DNA of 18,403 bases from Chthoniobacteraceae bacterium. GTDB taxonomy: Bacteria; Verrucomicrobiota; Verrucomicrobiia; Chthoniobacterales; Chthoniobacteraceae. Shown here in pieces: positions 1 to 6,997 of the stretch (position 1 is the stretch's first letter; each line of letters starts with the position of its first letter). Below the pieces are notes generated by a model. The model had not been told where the DNA came from. It did no database searches and saw only the letters and a program-made list of their open reading frames with translations. The stretch spans positions 1 through 18,403 of the forward strand of contig JBEBGD010000112.1 in assembly GCA_040081625.1 (NCBI GenBank), read 5' to 3'. The position numbers and the translations under genes are program-made.

Positions 1-58
1 GCGGCGCCCCGCCGCTTTAGTGCGCCGTCATCGAAAGCGACGGGGGCGTCGCTTCTAC
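1..58. repeat. GTAG-family REP-like doublet (left unit truncated by the window edge)
   Basis: Minus strand 58-35 reads GTAG-AAGCGACG-CCCC-CGTCGCTT (8-bp stem); oppositely oriented hairpin GCGGCG-CCC-CGCCGC at 1-15; the 16-bp core 37-52 is identical to 5971-5986. Confidence 0.65.
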
Positions 59-59
59 G

Positions 60-485
60 CTACCCGCGGACGTGCGCGGCTTTGGCGGACGTGGGCTTGC
101 CGATGACGGTGCAGAGATCGATGAGCTTGCGCGCCTTGGCCGGCGTGAGCACGACGTCGCAGCGATCGGCGAAACCGTCCTTCGGCTCGTAGGTGACGAG
201 GCGGGCGAACAGATCCGGGAAGGCGTCGCCGGCCAGCTCGCGGGCGAGCGTCTCGTGCTCGGCGGTGAGGGCGAAGGTGACCTTGCCGGGGCTGCCCAGG
301 CTCGCGGCGACGACGGTGAAGACGTGCTGTCCGGAGTCGTCGGCGTAGCGGCCGGCGCCGAGCGCGATGAGCTGCTCATCGATGCGGCCCAGCGATGCCT
401 TCAGCTCGTCGATCGAAGCGAGCAGCGTGGCGCGCTGCGCGCAGAGGTGGGTGGTGGTCGGAGGCGGTGCGGCGGGTTTGCTCAT
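60..485 (-). CDS. Hypothetical phage protein (141 aa, MSKPAAPP...)
   Basis: GC3-rich ORF; ATG at 485 chosen because the longer ORF version runs through the terminator hairpin. Confidence 0.7.
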   Translation of the reverse strand: MSKPAAPPPTTTHLCAQRATLLASIDELKASLGRIDEQLIALGAGRYADDSGQHVFTVVAASLGSPGKVTFALTAEHETLARELAGDAFPDLFARLVTYEPKDGFADRCDVVLTPAKARKLIDLCTVIGKPTSAKAAHVRG

Positions 486-500
486 GGAGTCCGGGCGTCT

Positions 501-550
501 GGAAAAAGAAGAAAGCCGGCGCCGCGTCCCACTAAGGCCGGCGCCGGCTT
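501..550 (-). terminator. Rho-independent terminator after the head gene cluster
   Basis: Perfect 12-bp inverted repeat AAGCCGGCGCCG (513-524) / CGGCGCCGGCTT (539-550), followed on the minus strand by TCTTCTTTTTCC. Confidence 0.75.
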
Positions 551-568
551 CCCCAACCAAGGAAAGGG

Positions 569-1231
569 TTACGGCGCGGCGAGCAGGCCGTTCGTGATGA
601 ACTTGGTGCGCACCAGGTTGACCTGCGTGCTCAGCTCCTTCACGGCGTCGGTGAGCGCGACGATCGCGGCTCGATTGGCGGCCTGCGCGGTGGTCAGCTC
701 CTTGAAGTTGTCCTGCTCGGTCGTCTGCCGGGTGACGATCTCGATGACCTTTTGGGCGAGGTCGCTTTCGTTCTGCGCGATGACGCGCACCTCGGCGAGC
801 AGCGTGTTGAACTCGGCCTCGGTCGGATCCTCGCCGCCGGTGAGGTCGGCCTGCGTGGTCGTCGCGGCGAGCGTGTCGTCGTGCGTGCCGGAGAGGCCGG
901 TCGAGTCGGTGAGCGTGACGGCCGCGGCCATCGAAGCAACGGTCGCGTCGGCGGTGCCGCCGCCGTTGTCGGTGAGCGCGGTGGGCGCGGTGACGATGGC
1001 GATCGTGCCGTCGGCGGTGGCGCCGCCGGAGTTGTCGGTGATCGCGCCGATGGTCTGCTGGATGACCGGCGTGGCGCCCCAGAAGCCGATGGCCTGGTCA
1101 GCGGCGTCGCCGATGTGATAGCCATTGGTGGTCGGTCGGACCTGCGTGTTGTAGTCGATGGCGACGCCCACGCCGAGCAGGGTGAGGCAGAGCGCGGCGG
1201 CGAAGGTGATGAAGGAGGTGCGGCGGTTCAT
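569..1231 (-). CDS. Probable head fibre/decoration protein with signal-peptide-like N-terminus (220 aa)
   Basis: Located after the capsid gene; IGFWGATPV motif, three (I/L)TD(N/S)xG...T(I/V/L)A repeats, coiled-coil C-terminus ending NGLLA as in head-fibre proteins; ATGA overlap with upstream gene. Confidence 0.65.
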   Translation of the reverse strand: MNRRTSFITFAAALCLTLLGVGVAIDYNTQVRPTTNGYHIGDAADQAIGFWGATPVIQQTIGAITDNSGGATADGTIAIVTAPTALTDNGGGTADATVASMAAAVTLTDSTGLSGTHDDTLAATTTQADLTGGEDPTEAEFNTLLAEVRVIAQNESDLAQKVIEIVTRQTTEQDNFKELTTAQAANRAAIVALTDAVKELSTQVNLVRTKFITNGLLAAP

Positions 1232-1590
1232 TTGGATTTGGATTTGGATTTCTTCTTCTGCGCGGAGGGAGATTCTTCGGACTCGGCGCCGGCGGCTTGC
1301 GCGGCGAGGTCCGCGTCGGCTTCGTCGGCCGTCGTCTCGGGAGCGGGCGCGGCGGCTTGCGCGGCGGCGGCGATCGCGGCCTGCTCGGCGGGCGAGCGGA
1401 ACTTGAAGCGCTTCTTGATGCCGTCGCGGCCGGTCCAGATCTGGATCTCGGCGATGGTGGGATGCACGCGCCCGGCGTTGGCGAGCGCCTTGGCGTCGGC
1501 GACCTGCTGGTCGATGGCGACTTCCGGGCCGGTGGCGAGCTTGCAGCGGTCCTCGCCGTGCAGCCGGTGGAGTGTGATCGCAGTGCGCAT
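1228..1590 (-). CDS. Hypothetical head-associated protein (120 aa) with Ala/Glu-rich low-complexity, Lys-rich tail
   Basis: ORF directly after the capsid gene, translationally coupled to the next gene. Confidence 0.75.
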   Translation of the reverse strand: MRTAITLHRLHGEDRCKLATGPEVAIDQQVADAKALANAGRVHPTIAEIQIWTGRDGIKKRFKFRSPAEQAAIAAAAQAAAPAPETTADEADADLAAQAAGAESEESPSAQKKKSKSKSK

Positions 1591-1608
1591 CGGGTGGGCG
1601 GTCGTCGG

Positions 1609-2625
1609 TTACGCGGAGACGAGGATTTCGCCCTGGGCGGTGTCGCCGAGTCCCTTGCCGTAGTTGACCTCGACGACGCGCCGGGCCTTGTCGCTGTTCG
1701 GGTCGCCCCAGCTCCGATATTCGAGAGAGAGGCCGGTGGTCGGATCGGTGTAGATCCGGTAGTCGCTCATGTTGTCGCGCACCTCATCCGAGGGTTCGAT
1801 GGGCGAGAAGGCGGTGAGCAGCGCGTAGGGCAGGCAGGCCATGCCGACGCGATTGATCGCGACGGTGGGCATGTTCGGGTGCTCGAAGAGATCCCAGCCG
1901 CCGGTGCGGGCGACCATGCCTTCGCGACGCACCTCGTCGCCGACCGCGGTGTCGGGCGCGTTCAGATCCTTCACGAGCGCGCCGATGTAGGCGCTCTCGA
2001 GGATGAGCGAGCGGCCCGCGGAAGGCCAGTGGGCCTGGCTCACGGTCGTGCCGATATCGACCGCGTCGTCGCGATCGAAGGTGGACGCGGCGCCGGTGAA
2101 GATCGCGGCGCCGAAGTTGGCGACGGTCGCGATCGAGAAGATGTCGTCGAGGACGTCCTCGGCGAGCTTCTCGACCTTGAGGGCCATGACCTGATTGAGA
2201 TCGATGACGCTGTTGCGGCGCAGTTCCTTGCTCGTGAACTCGAGCGCCTGGTATTTGCGCTTGTCGATGACGACCGGCTTCGTGCCGACGGCGCCGTCGG
2301 CGTCCTCGAAGGAATAGCTGCCATCGAAGTCGCGGCTCGCCATCGTCTCGAGCGAGTAGAACGGCACCTGGATGGTGTCCGTCTCGGTGAGCACCTGGTC
2401 GCGCATGACGTGCGAGAGGGCGAGGACCGGCGAGAGGCGGCGCTTGAGCGCGCGGAGCGCCTCGCGCATGATCTTGTCGAGCGTGAGCGAGGCCGAGGGC
2501 GCGAGCGCGCCGAGCAGCGGGAAGGCCGTGAGCACGTCGAGCGCGGTGCAGTCCGCCGGGGTGAAGAACGCGAGGACCGCCATGGCGATCATCGCGAAGG
2601 AGAGAAGGGAGCGGACGTGTTTCAT
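1609..2625 (-). CDS. Major capsid protein (HK97 fold, P22-coat-like) with about 40-aa hydrophobic N-terminal extension
   Basis: 338 aa, directly after protease/scaffold; IMREAL..L, DTIQVP and VVIDKRKYQALEF resemble P22-like coat motifs. Confidence 0.85.
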   Translation of the reverse strand: MKHVRSLLSFAMIAMAVLAFFTPADCTALDVLTAFPLLGALAPSASLTLDKIMREALRALKRRLSPVLALSHVMRDQVLTETDTIQVPFYSLETMASRDFDGSYSFEDADGAVGTKPVVIDKRKYQALEFTSKELRRNSVIDLNQVMALKVEKLAEDVLDDIFSIATVANFGAAIFTGAASTFDRDDAVDIGTTVSQAHWPSAGRSLILESAYIGALVKDLNAPDTAVGDEVRREGMVARTGGWDLFEHPNMPTVAINRVGMACLPYALLTAFSPIEPSDEVRDNMSDYRIYTDPTTGLSLEYRSWGDPNSDKARRVVEVNYGKGLGDTAQGEILVSA

Positions 2626-2647
2626 ATTGGATTCAGAGGACTGTCAA
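2626..2647 (-). promoter_or_regulatory. TTGACA-N16-ATG motif upstream of capsid gene
   Basis: TGTCAA at 2642-2647 on the + strand; start codon at 2625. Confidence 0.6.
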
Positions 2648-2658
2648 AGCGGGTGCGG

Positions 2659-3144
2659 TTACTTCGTGAGCGTGGCGACGTGGGCGGTGATGGCCTTCTC
2701 GTGAGCGGCCATGATCTCGGAGGCTTCGCGGCCCTTGCCGGCATCCATCGCGGCTTGATAGGCATCGAAGTGTTTCTTGCCATCCCCGGCGCCGGCGCCG
2801 GCGGACTCGGGCGTCTTCGGGGTGCCAGCGCTGCCGTGCTGCGCGGCGATCTCGCGGGCCTTTTCCTCGGCGGTCTTCGACTTCGCCTCGAGGTCCGTGA
2901 TCTTGCCGTTCGCCGTGGCGAGATCGGTCGTGAGCGTGCCGACCTTGCCGTTCGCGGTCGCGAGGTCCGTGGTGAGCGTGCCGACTTTGCCGTTCGCGGT
3001 GGCGAGGACGGTGGTGAGCGTGCCGACCTTGCCGGCGAGGCCGTCGAGCGCGGCCTTCACTTCGGCCTCGGTGGAATCTTCGGTGATCTTCGCGCCGGTG
3101 GCGGTGGCGAAGAGGGCGGCGATCGAGGCGTTCAAAAGTTTCAT
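2659..3144 (-). CDS. Putative nested in-frame scaffolding protein (161 aa, MKLLNASI...)
   Basis: In-frame ATG after the protease domain, preceded by TTGACA-N14; analogous to lambda Nu3 within gene C. Confidence 0.6.
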   Translation of the reverse strand: MKLLNASIAALFATATGAKITEDSTEAEVKAALDGLAGKVGTLTTVLATANGKVGTLTTDLATANGKVGTLTTDLATANGKITDLEAKSKTAEEKAREIAAQHGSAGTPKTPESAGAGAGDGKKHFDAYQAAMDAGKGREASEIMAAHEKAITAHVATLTK

Positions 3145-3762
3145 CTCGTCGGTCGGATTGTCAACGCGCAGCGCGTCGGGCACGTTGCGGAAGCCGGCGA
3201 GATCGAAGGCGCCGAGCGCGGCGGCTTTCATCTCCGGGCCGATGGCATCGACGAAGCCGAAGTCCTTCGCCTCCTTCGCGGTCATCCATGTCTCGTCATC
3301 CATCATCTTCTCGATCGCGGTGCGGGCGAGGCCGGTCTTCTCCTCGTAGGCGTTGACGAGGACCTCGCGCACCTTGTCGAGCAGCTCGGCGGATTTGCGG
3401 TGCTCGTCGGCGGTGCCGCCGAAGCTGCCGCCGCTCGGGTTGTGGATCATGATCATGCCGTTGGCGGCGATGTTCACAGTCTTGCCGGCGAGCGCGACGA
3501 CGCTGGCCATGCTCGCGGCGAGGCCGTCGATGTGGCTGGTGATGACGGCGGGATGGCGCTGCAGCGCGTTGAAGATGGCGTGCCCCTCGAACACGTCGCC
3601 GCCGGGGCTGTGAATGCGCAGGTCGATCTTCTTCGCGGTGATCGCCTTGAGCTGCGCGATGAAGCTGCGGGCGCTGATGCCCCACAGGCCGATCACGTCG
3701 TAGATGGAGATCTCGGCGGTCTCGGCGGTGGCGTTCTTGATGGCAAACCAGCTCTTCGGCAT
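2659..3762 (-). CDS. ClpP-like (S14) prohead maturation protease fused to C-terminal scaffold (367 aa)
   Basis: IHSPGGDVFEG, IDGLAASMASVV, MIHNP and ETWMTAKEA..GFVD ClpP motifs; start MPKSWF at 3762. Confidence 0.93.
   Translation of the reverse strand: MPKSWFAIKNATAETAEISIYDVIGLWGISARSFIAQLKAITAKKIDLRIHSPGGDVFEGHAIFNALQRHPAVITSHIDGLAASMASVVALAGKTVNIAANGMIMIHNPSGGSFGGTADEHRKSAELLDKVREVLVNAYEEKTGLARTAIEKMMDDETWMTAKEAKDFGFVDAIGPEMKAAALGAFDLAGFRNVPDALRVDNPTDEMKLLNASIAALFATATGAKITEDSTEAEVKAALDGLAGKVGTLTTVLATANGKVGTLTTDLATANGKVGTLTTDLATANGKITDLEAKSKTAEEKAREIAAQHGSAGTPKTPESAGAGAGDGKKHFDAYQAAMDAGKGREASEIMAAHEKAITAHVATLTK
2902..3034 (-). repeat. 42-bp (14-aa) tandem repeat x3 in the scaffold: GKVGTLTT(D/V)LATAN
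   Basis: TTGCCG recurs at 2903, 2945, 2987 and 3029; two heptads per unit (coiled coil). Confidence 0.9.
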
Positions 3763-3783
3763 ACGGCGGGCGCGGAGTGTCAA
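3763..3783 (-). promoter_or_regulatory. TTGACA-N15-ATG motif upstream of protease gene
   Basis: TGTCAA at 3778-3783 on the + strand; start codon at 3762. Confidence 0.6.
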
Positions 3784-3801
3784 CGGAGGCAAAGATGCGA
3801 G

Positions 3802-3841
3802 AGGTCCTTCGGCTCGCTTCGCTCGCTCAGGATGACAGGGG
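3802..3841 (-). repeat. Half copy of a GTCATCCTGAGC-type palindromic repeat element
   Basis: Minus strand CCCCTGTCATCCTGAGCGAGCGAAGCGAGCCGAAGGACCT; shares CGCTCAGGRTGACAGGGG with 9911-9928. Confidence 0.65.
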
Positions 3842-3843
3842 GC

Positions 3844-4035
3844 TTAGTTCGCGCCGGCGGCTTCGATCTTCGGCGGACGGCCGCGGCGGCGCGGGAGTTG
3901 CGCGATGGCGGCGCGCGCGAGGCTGTCGTCGCCGTGCGTGACGGCGCTGCCGTCGCTGTAGAGGAAGACGTTCGCGGTGGGCGCGCCGTCGGGCGCGAAG
4001 CACTTGAGGATGGCGATGACGCGCGGCTCACTCAT
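3844..4035 (-). CDS. Small protein (63 aa) with AT-hook-like RRRGRPPK motif
   Basis: ATGA overlap with the portal stop codon; MSEPRVIAIL...GAN. Confidence 0.65.
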   Translation of the reverse strand: MSEPRVIAILKCFAPDGAPTANVFLYSDGSAVTHGDDSLARAAIAQLPRRRGRPPKIEAAGAN

Positions 4036-5507
4036 GGCGCGTTCGGATCGTCCGGCGGATCGTCGGGCTGCTGCTGCTGCTGATTCGGGTTGCCGGCGCC
4101 GGGCATCCCGGCGCGCCACTTGGCCAGGATGCGGGCCTTCTGTTCCGGCGTGGCCTTCTCGGCGTCGAGCATCGTGTCGAACTCGATCCATTCGCGGATC
4201 CACTGGCGCGTCTCGGGCCGCCAGTTCAGGCCGCGCCGGGCGAACATGCCGCGCAGGTTGTCGGCGCCGTCGGCGAGCTGCTTGAGCTCGAGGTTGCCGT
4301 CGCGGCCGTTGTCCACGGTGATGCGCGCGGGTTTCTGGAAGTTGATCTTCGCAGCCCAGTTCGGATCGGACGGCGCGCGCAGCTTGCCGCTCTGGATCCG
4401 ATGGCTGAGGTAGCGGAAGGCCACGCCGGTGCACCAGCCGTAGATGAGCGCGTCGGCGAGGATGGAGAACCGCAGATCGGCGCGCGCGAGGATGAAGCGG
4501 CTCGCGGTGCCCTGCTTCGCGGGATTCCAGAAGAACTCCGCGGGCACGCCGAGCGCGAGGAAGACGTCGGGCGCGATGAGGTTCGTGAGGAAGGGCTCGA
4601 GCTTGTCGGTGGGCGACTGGCTGTTGATGACCTGCACTTCGCGATCCGCGCCGAGATAGGCGACGAGGCCGGGGAAGGCGCGCTCGAGCGCGGCGTTGTC
4701 GGCGCTCTCGGGCGCGGAAGGATCGCGACGGCGGACGTTGTTGAAGGCGCCGCGTCCGCCGACCTTCGCCATGGACTTCACCGCGAGCGCGAGCGCGCTG
4801 TGGGTCTTCGCGGTCTGGATGACGAGCTTCTCGAGGTCGCGCCAATCGACGAGCTTGTCCACGACGGGCGAGAAGGCGCTCTGGCCGCGGATCTGGTTCA
4901 CGCCGGTCGGCTCATACCAGTGGAACATCTCGCCGGCCGGGATCGGCTCGTGCCCGCCGCCGGCCTTGCGCGCGTAGTAGGCGACCGGCTCCATGAACTC
5001 GCCGAGCTTCACGCCGTCATAGACGTGCGCATCGTCCTCCATGCTCTCGGGCGTCTCGATCTCGGTCGTGTCGAAGAGCTGCACGCACGGCTCGCCATCC
5101 CAGCGCGGGTTGCGGCGGTTCGCCGCGAAGAACTCGCCGCGAGCGAAGAGCTGCTGCGGCGCGGTCGTCTGCGCGTCGTAGAAGTCGCGCCGGCCCGCGA
5201 TATCGAAGCGCGACTTGGTGAGCGAGTAGCGCAGGAAGTCCTCCTCGGCTTCGCGGTTCCAGTCCAGATCGGTGGTGTCGAGCCACATGGAGAGGCCGGT
5301 GCCGACGACGTGGCGCGCGCAGCCGACGACGCCTTCCTTGACCAGCCCGAACTTCTCCATGAGCCACTCGGTGCGGCGCGCGACCTCGGCGCGGGAGAGC
5401 GGGTCGAGATACTCGCGCGGGTTCTCCGGGAGCAGATACATGATCTGCGTGCGATCGGTCTGCCAGCGCAGCTTGTCTTCGTGACGGCGACGGAACCAGC
5501 CGAACAT
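4032..5507 (-). CDS. Phage portal protein, lambda family (491 aa)
   Basis: FARGEFFA, GVKLGEFMEPVAYY, HWYEP...QIRGQSAF motifs; size and position between gpW-like gene and protease. Confidence 0.9.
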   Translation of the reverse strand: MFGWFRRRHEDKLRWQTDRTQIMYLLPENPREYLDPLSRAEVARRTEWLMEKFGLVKEGVVGCARHVVGTGLSMWLDTTDLDWNREAEEDFLRYSLTKSRFDIAGRRDFYDAQTTAPQQLFARGEFFAANRRNPRWDGEPCVQLFDTTEIETPESMEDDAHVYDGVKLGEFMEPVAYYARKAGGGHEPIPAGEMFHWYEPTGVNQIRGQSAFSPVVDKLVDWRDLEKLVIQTAKTHSALALAVKSMAKVGGRGAFNNVRRRDPSAPESADNAALERAFPGLVAYLGADREVQVINSQSPTDKLEPFLTNLIAPDVFLALGVPAEFFWNPAKQGTASRFILARADLRFSILADALIYGWCTGVAFRYLSHRIQSGKLRAPSDPNWAAKINFQKPARITVDNGRDGNLELKQLADGADNLRGMFARRGLNWRPETRQWIREWIEFDTMLDAEKATPEQKARILAKWRAGMPGAGNPNQQQQQPDDPPDDPNAP

Positions 5508-5511
5508 CGTG

Positions 5512-5808
5512 CTACTCCCCGATGCTCGAGAAATCGAGCGTGGTGCCGGTGACGCGGCCGCCGTCGGCGAGGTCGGCGTATTCGCTGAGCGCGCGGCGGC
5601 AGGCGATGGCGAGATCCACCGCGCTCAGCTCCTTGGCGCGGCCGAAGGTCTTGCCGTTGATCGTGCCGGTTTGCAGGAAGCTCAGCTCGCCCTTGCCGGC
5701 GATCTTCGCCTTGGCCGCGGTGAGCAGATCGTCGGCGAACGTGGTGGAGTCTGTCGCGACCATCTCGGCGACGAGGAACTCGACAAAGGCATCGATGGCG
5801 GCGGACAT
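5512..5808 (-). CDS. Putative head-tail joining (gpW-position) protein (98 aa)
   Basis: Small helix-hairpin-helix-like ORF (GTINGKTF) immediately upstream of a lambda-type portal. Confidence 0.6.
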   Translation of the reverse strand: MSAAIDAFVEFLVAEMVATDSTTFADDLLTAAKAKIAGKGELSFLQTGTINGKTFGRAKELSAVDLAIACRRALSEYADLADGGRVTGTTLDFSSIGE

Positions 5809-5830
5809 GATGCACGCGCGGCACTGTCAA
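5809..5830 (-). promoter_or_regulatory. TTGACA-N16-ATG motif upstream of gpW-like/portal genes
   Basis: TGTCAA at 5825-5830 on the + strand; start codon at 5808. Confidence 0.6.
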
Positions 5831-5849
5831 TCGACGCGAGCGGGCGCGG

Positions 5850-5868
5850 ACGTTTCACTGTGAAACGT
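5850..5868. promoter_or_regulatory. parS-like palindrome / operator ACGTTTCAC-T-GTGAAACGT
   Basis: Perfect 9-bp inverted repeat; the core matches the parS core GTTTCACGTGAAAC with one extra central base. Confidence 0.5.
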
Positions 5869-5900
5869 GGTTTGGCTGATTTTGCGGCACTTACGCGATG

Positions 5901-5992
5901 GTAGCGGCGGCGCCCTCGCCGCCGGGAGTGAGCCGGGATCTTCGCGGCGGGGGCGCCGCGGGCACTTCCGGCGACGGGGGCGTCGCCGCTAC
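5901..5992. repeat. GTAG-family REP inverted doublet (REPIN-like) with a central extra hairpin
   Basis: GTAG-CGGCGGCG-CCCT-CGCCGCCG (+, 5901-5924), CGCGGCG-GGGG-CGCCGCG (5943-5960), GTAG-CGGCGACG-CCCC-CGTCGCCG (-, 5992-5969). Confidence 0.75.
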
Positions 5993-6225
5993 CCGGCGAC
6001 GATGAGCGGCCCGCGATCCGCGCCCGGCGCGCCGCAGCAGTGCTTGAACTTTTTGCGACTGCGACACGGGCACGGGTCATTGCGTCCGCACGTCACGTTT
6101 GGCCTCGCCATGTATCGCGCGGGCGTGCTGCCCTGGCCGGGGCGCCACCACAGGCCGCACTTCTCGCAGTGCGGCTCGGGGCCGGAGACGTTCAGCGCGG
6201 GTGCGGGGCAGCGGCAGAATTCCAT
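5989..6225 (-). CDS. SEC-C motif zinc-binding protein (78 aa)
   Basis: GRNDPCPCRSRKKFKHCCG plus N-terminal CxC...CxxC; TGATG coupling. Confidence 0.8.
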   Translation of the reverse strand: MEFCRCPAPALNVSGPEPHCEKCGLWWRPGQGSTPARYMARPNVTCGRNDPCPCRSRKKFKHCCGAPGADRGPLIVAG

Positions 6226-6467
6226 CAGTCTTTCTGGAGCGACATCAGCAGCACCGTGGCAAATCCCGCGACGGCGAGCTTTCGGCCGTCATTGCCGAGC
6301 GGCTCGAGCACGTCGGCGGGGACTTCGATCGTTTCATCCGCAGCGACCGCGATGAGCGGCATCAGTTTTCCCATCAGGACGAGCTTCCGCTGGTCGGTCA
6401 TGGCGCGGACTTCGCAGTCCATGAGCTTTTCGATCTCCGCGAGTTCGGCTTTGATATCCATAGTCAT
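6225..6467 (-). CDS. Hypothetical protein (80 aa, MTMDIKAEL...)
   Basis: ATGA overlap upstream and TGATG overlap downstream; ordinary protein composition. Confidence 0.7.
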   Translation of the reverse strand: MTMDIKAELAEIEKLMDCEVRAMTDQRKLVLMGKLMPLIAVAADETIEVPADVLEPLGNDGRKLAVAGFATVLLMSLQKD

Positions 6468-6997
6468 GCGGCGATCTCCTTCAGCCGCGCCTCGGCTTGC
6501 TCGCGCAGCTCGGCGATCTTTGCGGTGTGGTCGAGGAACTCGCGCAGGTCGAGCGGCGACCAGGTATCGATGGGCTTCTCGGCGCTCACGACGAGGCGGA
6601 AGCTGTAGAGGCCGGGCTCGCGATCGCGCGCGGCATCGGGCTCGGCGGGCGGCGGGAGCAGGCCGAGCTTCACGTAGGCATCCTTGATCCGGTGCAGGTC
6701 CGGCTCGCCGTCGAGCAGGCGGTCGCGATCGGCGAAGAGCTGTCGCCAGCGCCACGCGGTCGTCTTCGAGACGGTCGGGAAATGGTTCTCGAGCCACTCT
6801 TCGTAATTGCCGGGGTAACGCTGCGCGGCTTCCTCGAAGAGTTCGCCCAGATCGATGGCGCGATCGAGCGTGTGCCGGCCGGCGCTCAGCGCGAGGTCGC
6901 GGGCTTGATGGAAGGTGACGAGCTTCTGCTCGATGCGCGCGATCAGCTCGTCGGCGCCGAGGGTGCTCAGGCTGCGATCGGGAGCGGGTTTCGCCAT
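6464..6997 (-). CDS. DUF3102-like phage protein (177 aa)
   Basis: AIDLGELFEEA....GNYEEWLENHF..SKTTAWRWRQL pattern. Confidence 0.65.
   Translation of the reverse strand: MAKPAPDRSLSTLGADELIARIEQKLVTFHQARDLALSAGRHTLDRAIDLGELFEEAAQRYPGNYEEWLENHFPTVSKTTAWRWRQLFADRDRLLDGEPDLHRIKDAYVKLGLLPPPAEPDAARDREPGLYSFRLVVSAEKPIDTWSPLDLREFLDHTAKIAELREQAEARLKEIAA

Noticed and set aside
1231..1251. (TTTGGA)3 microsatellite as a phase-variation site
   Set aside because: Hexamer unit preserves frame; explained as the SKSKSK tail and unstructured leader of the next gene
3353..3376. TTGACG-N15-TTG on the + strand
   Set aside because: Antisense inside the protease gene and leads to no credible ORF; treated as a chance match
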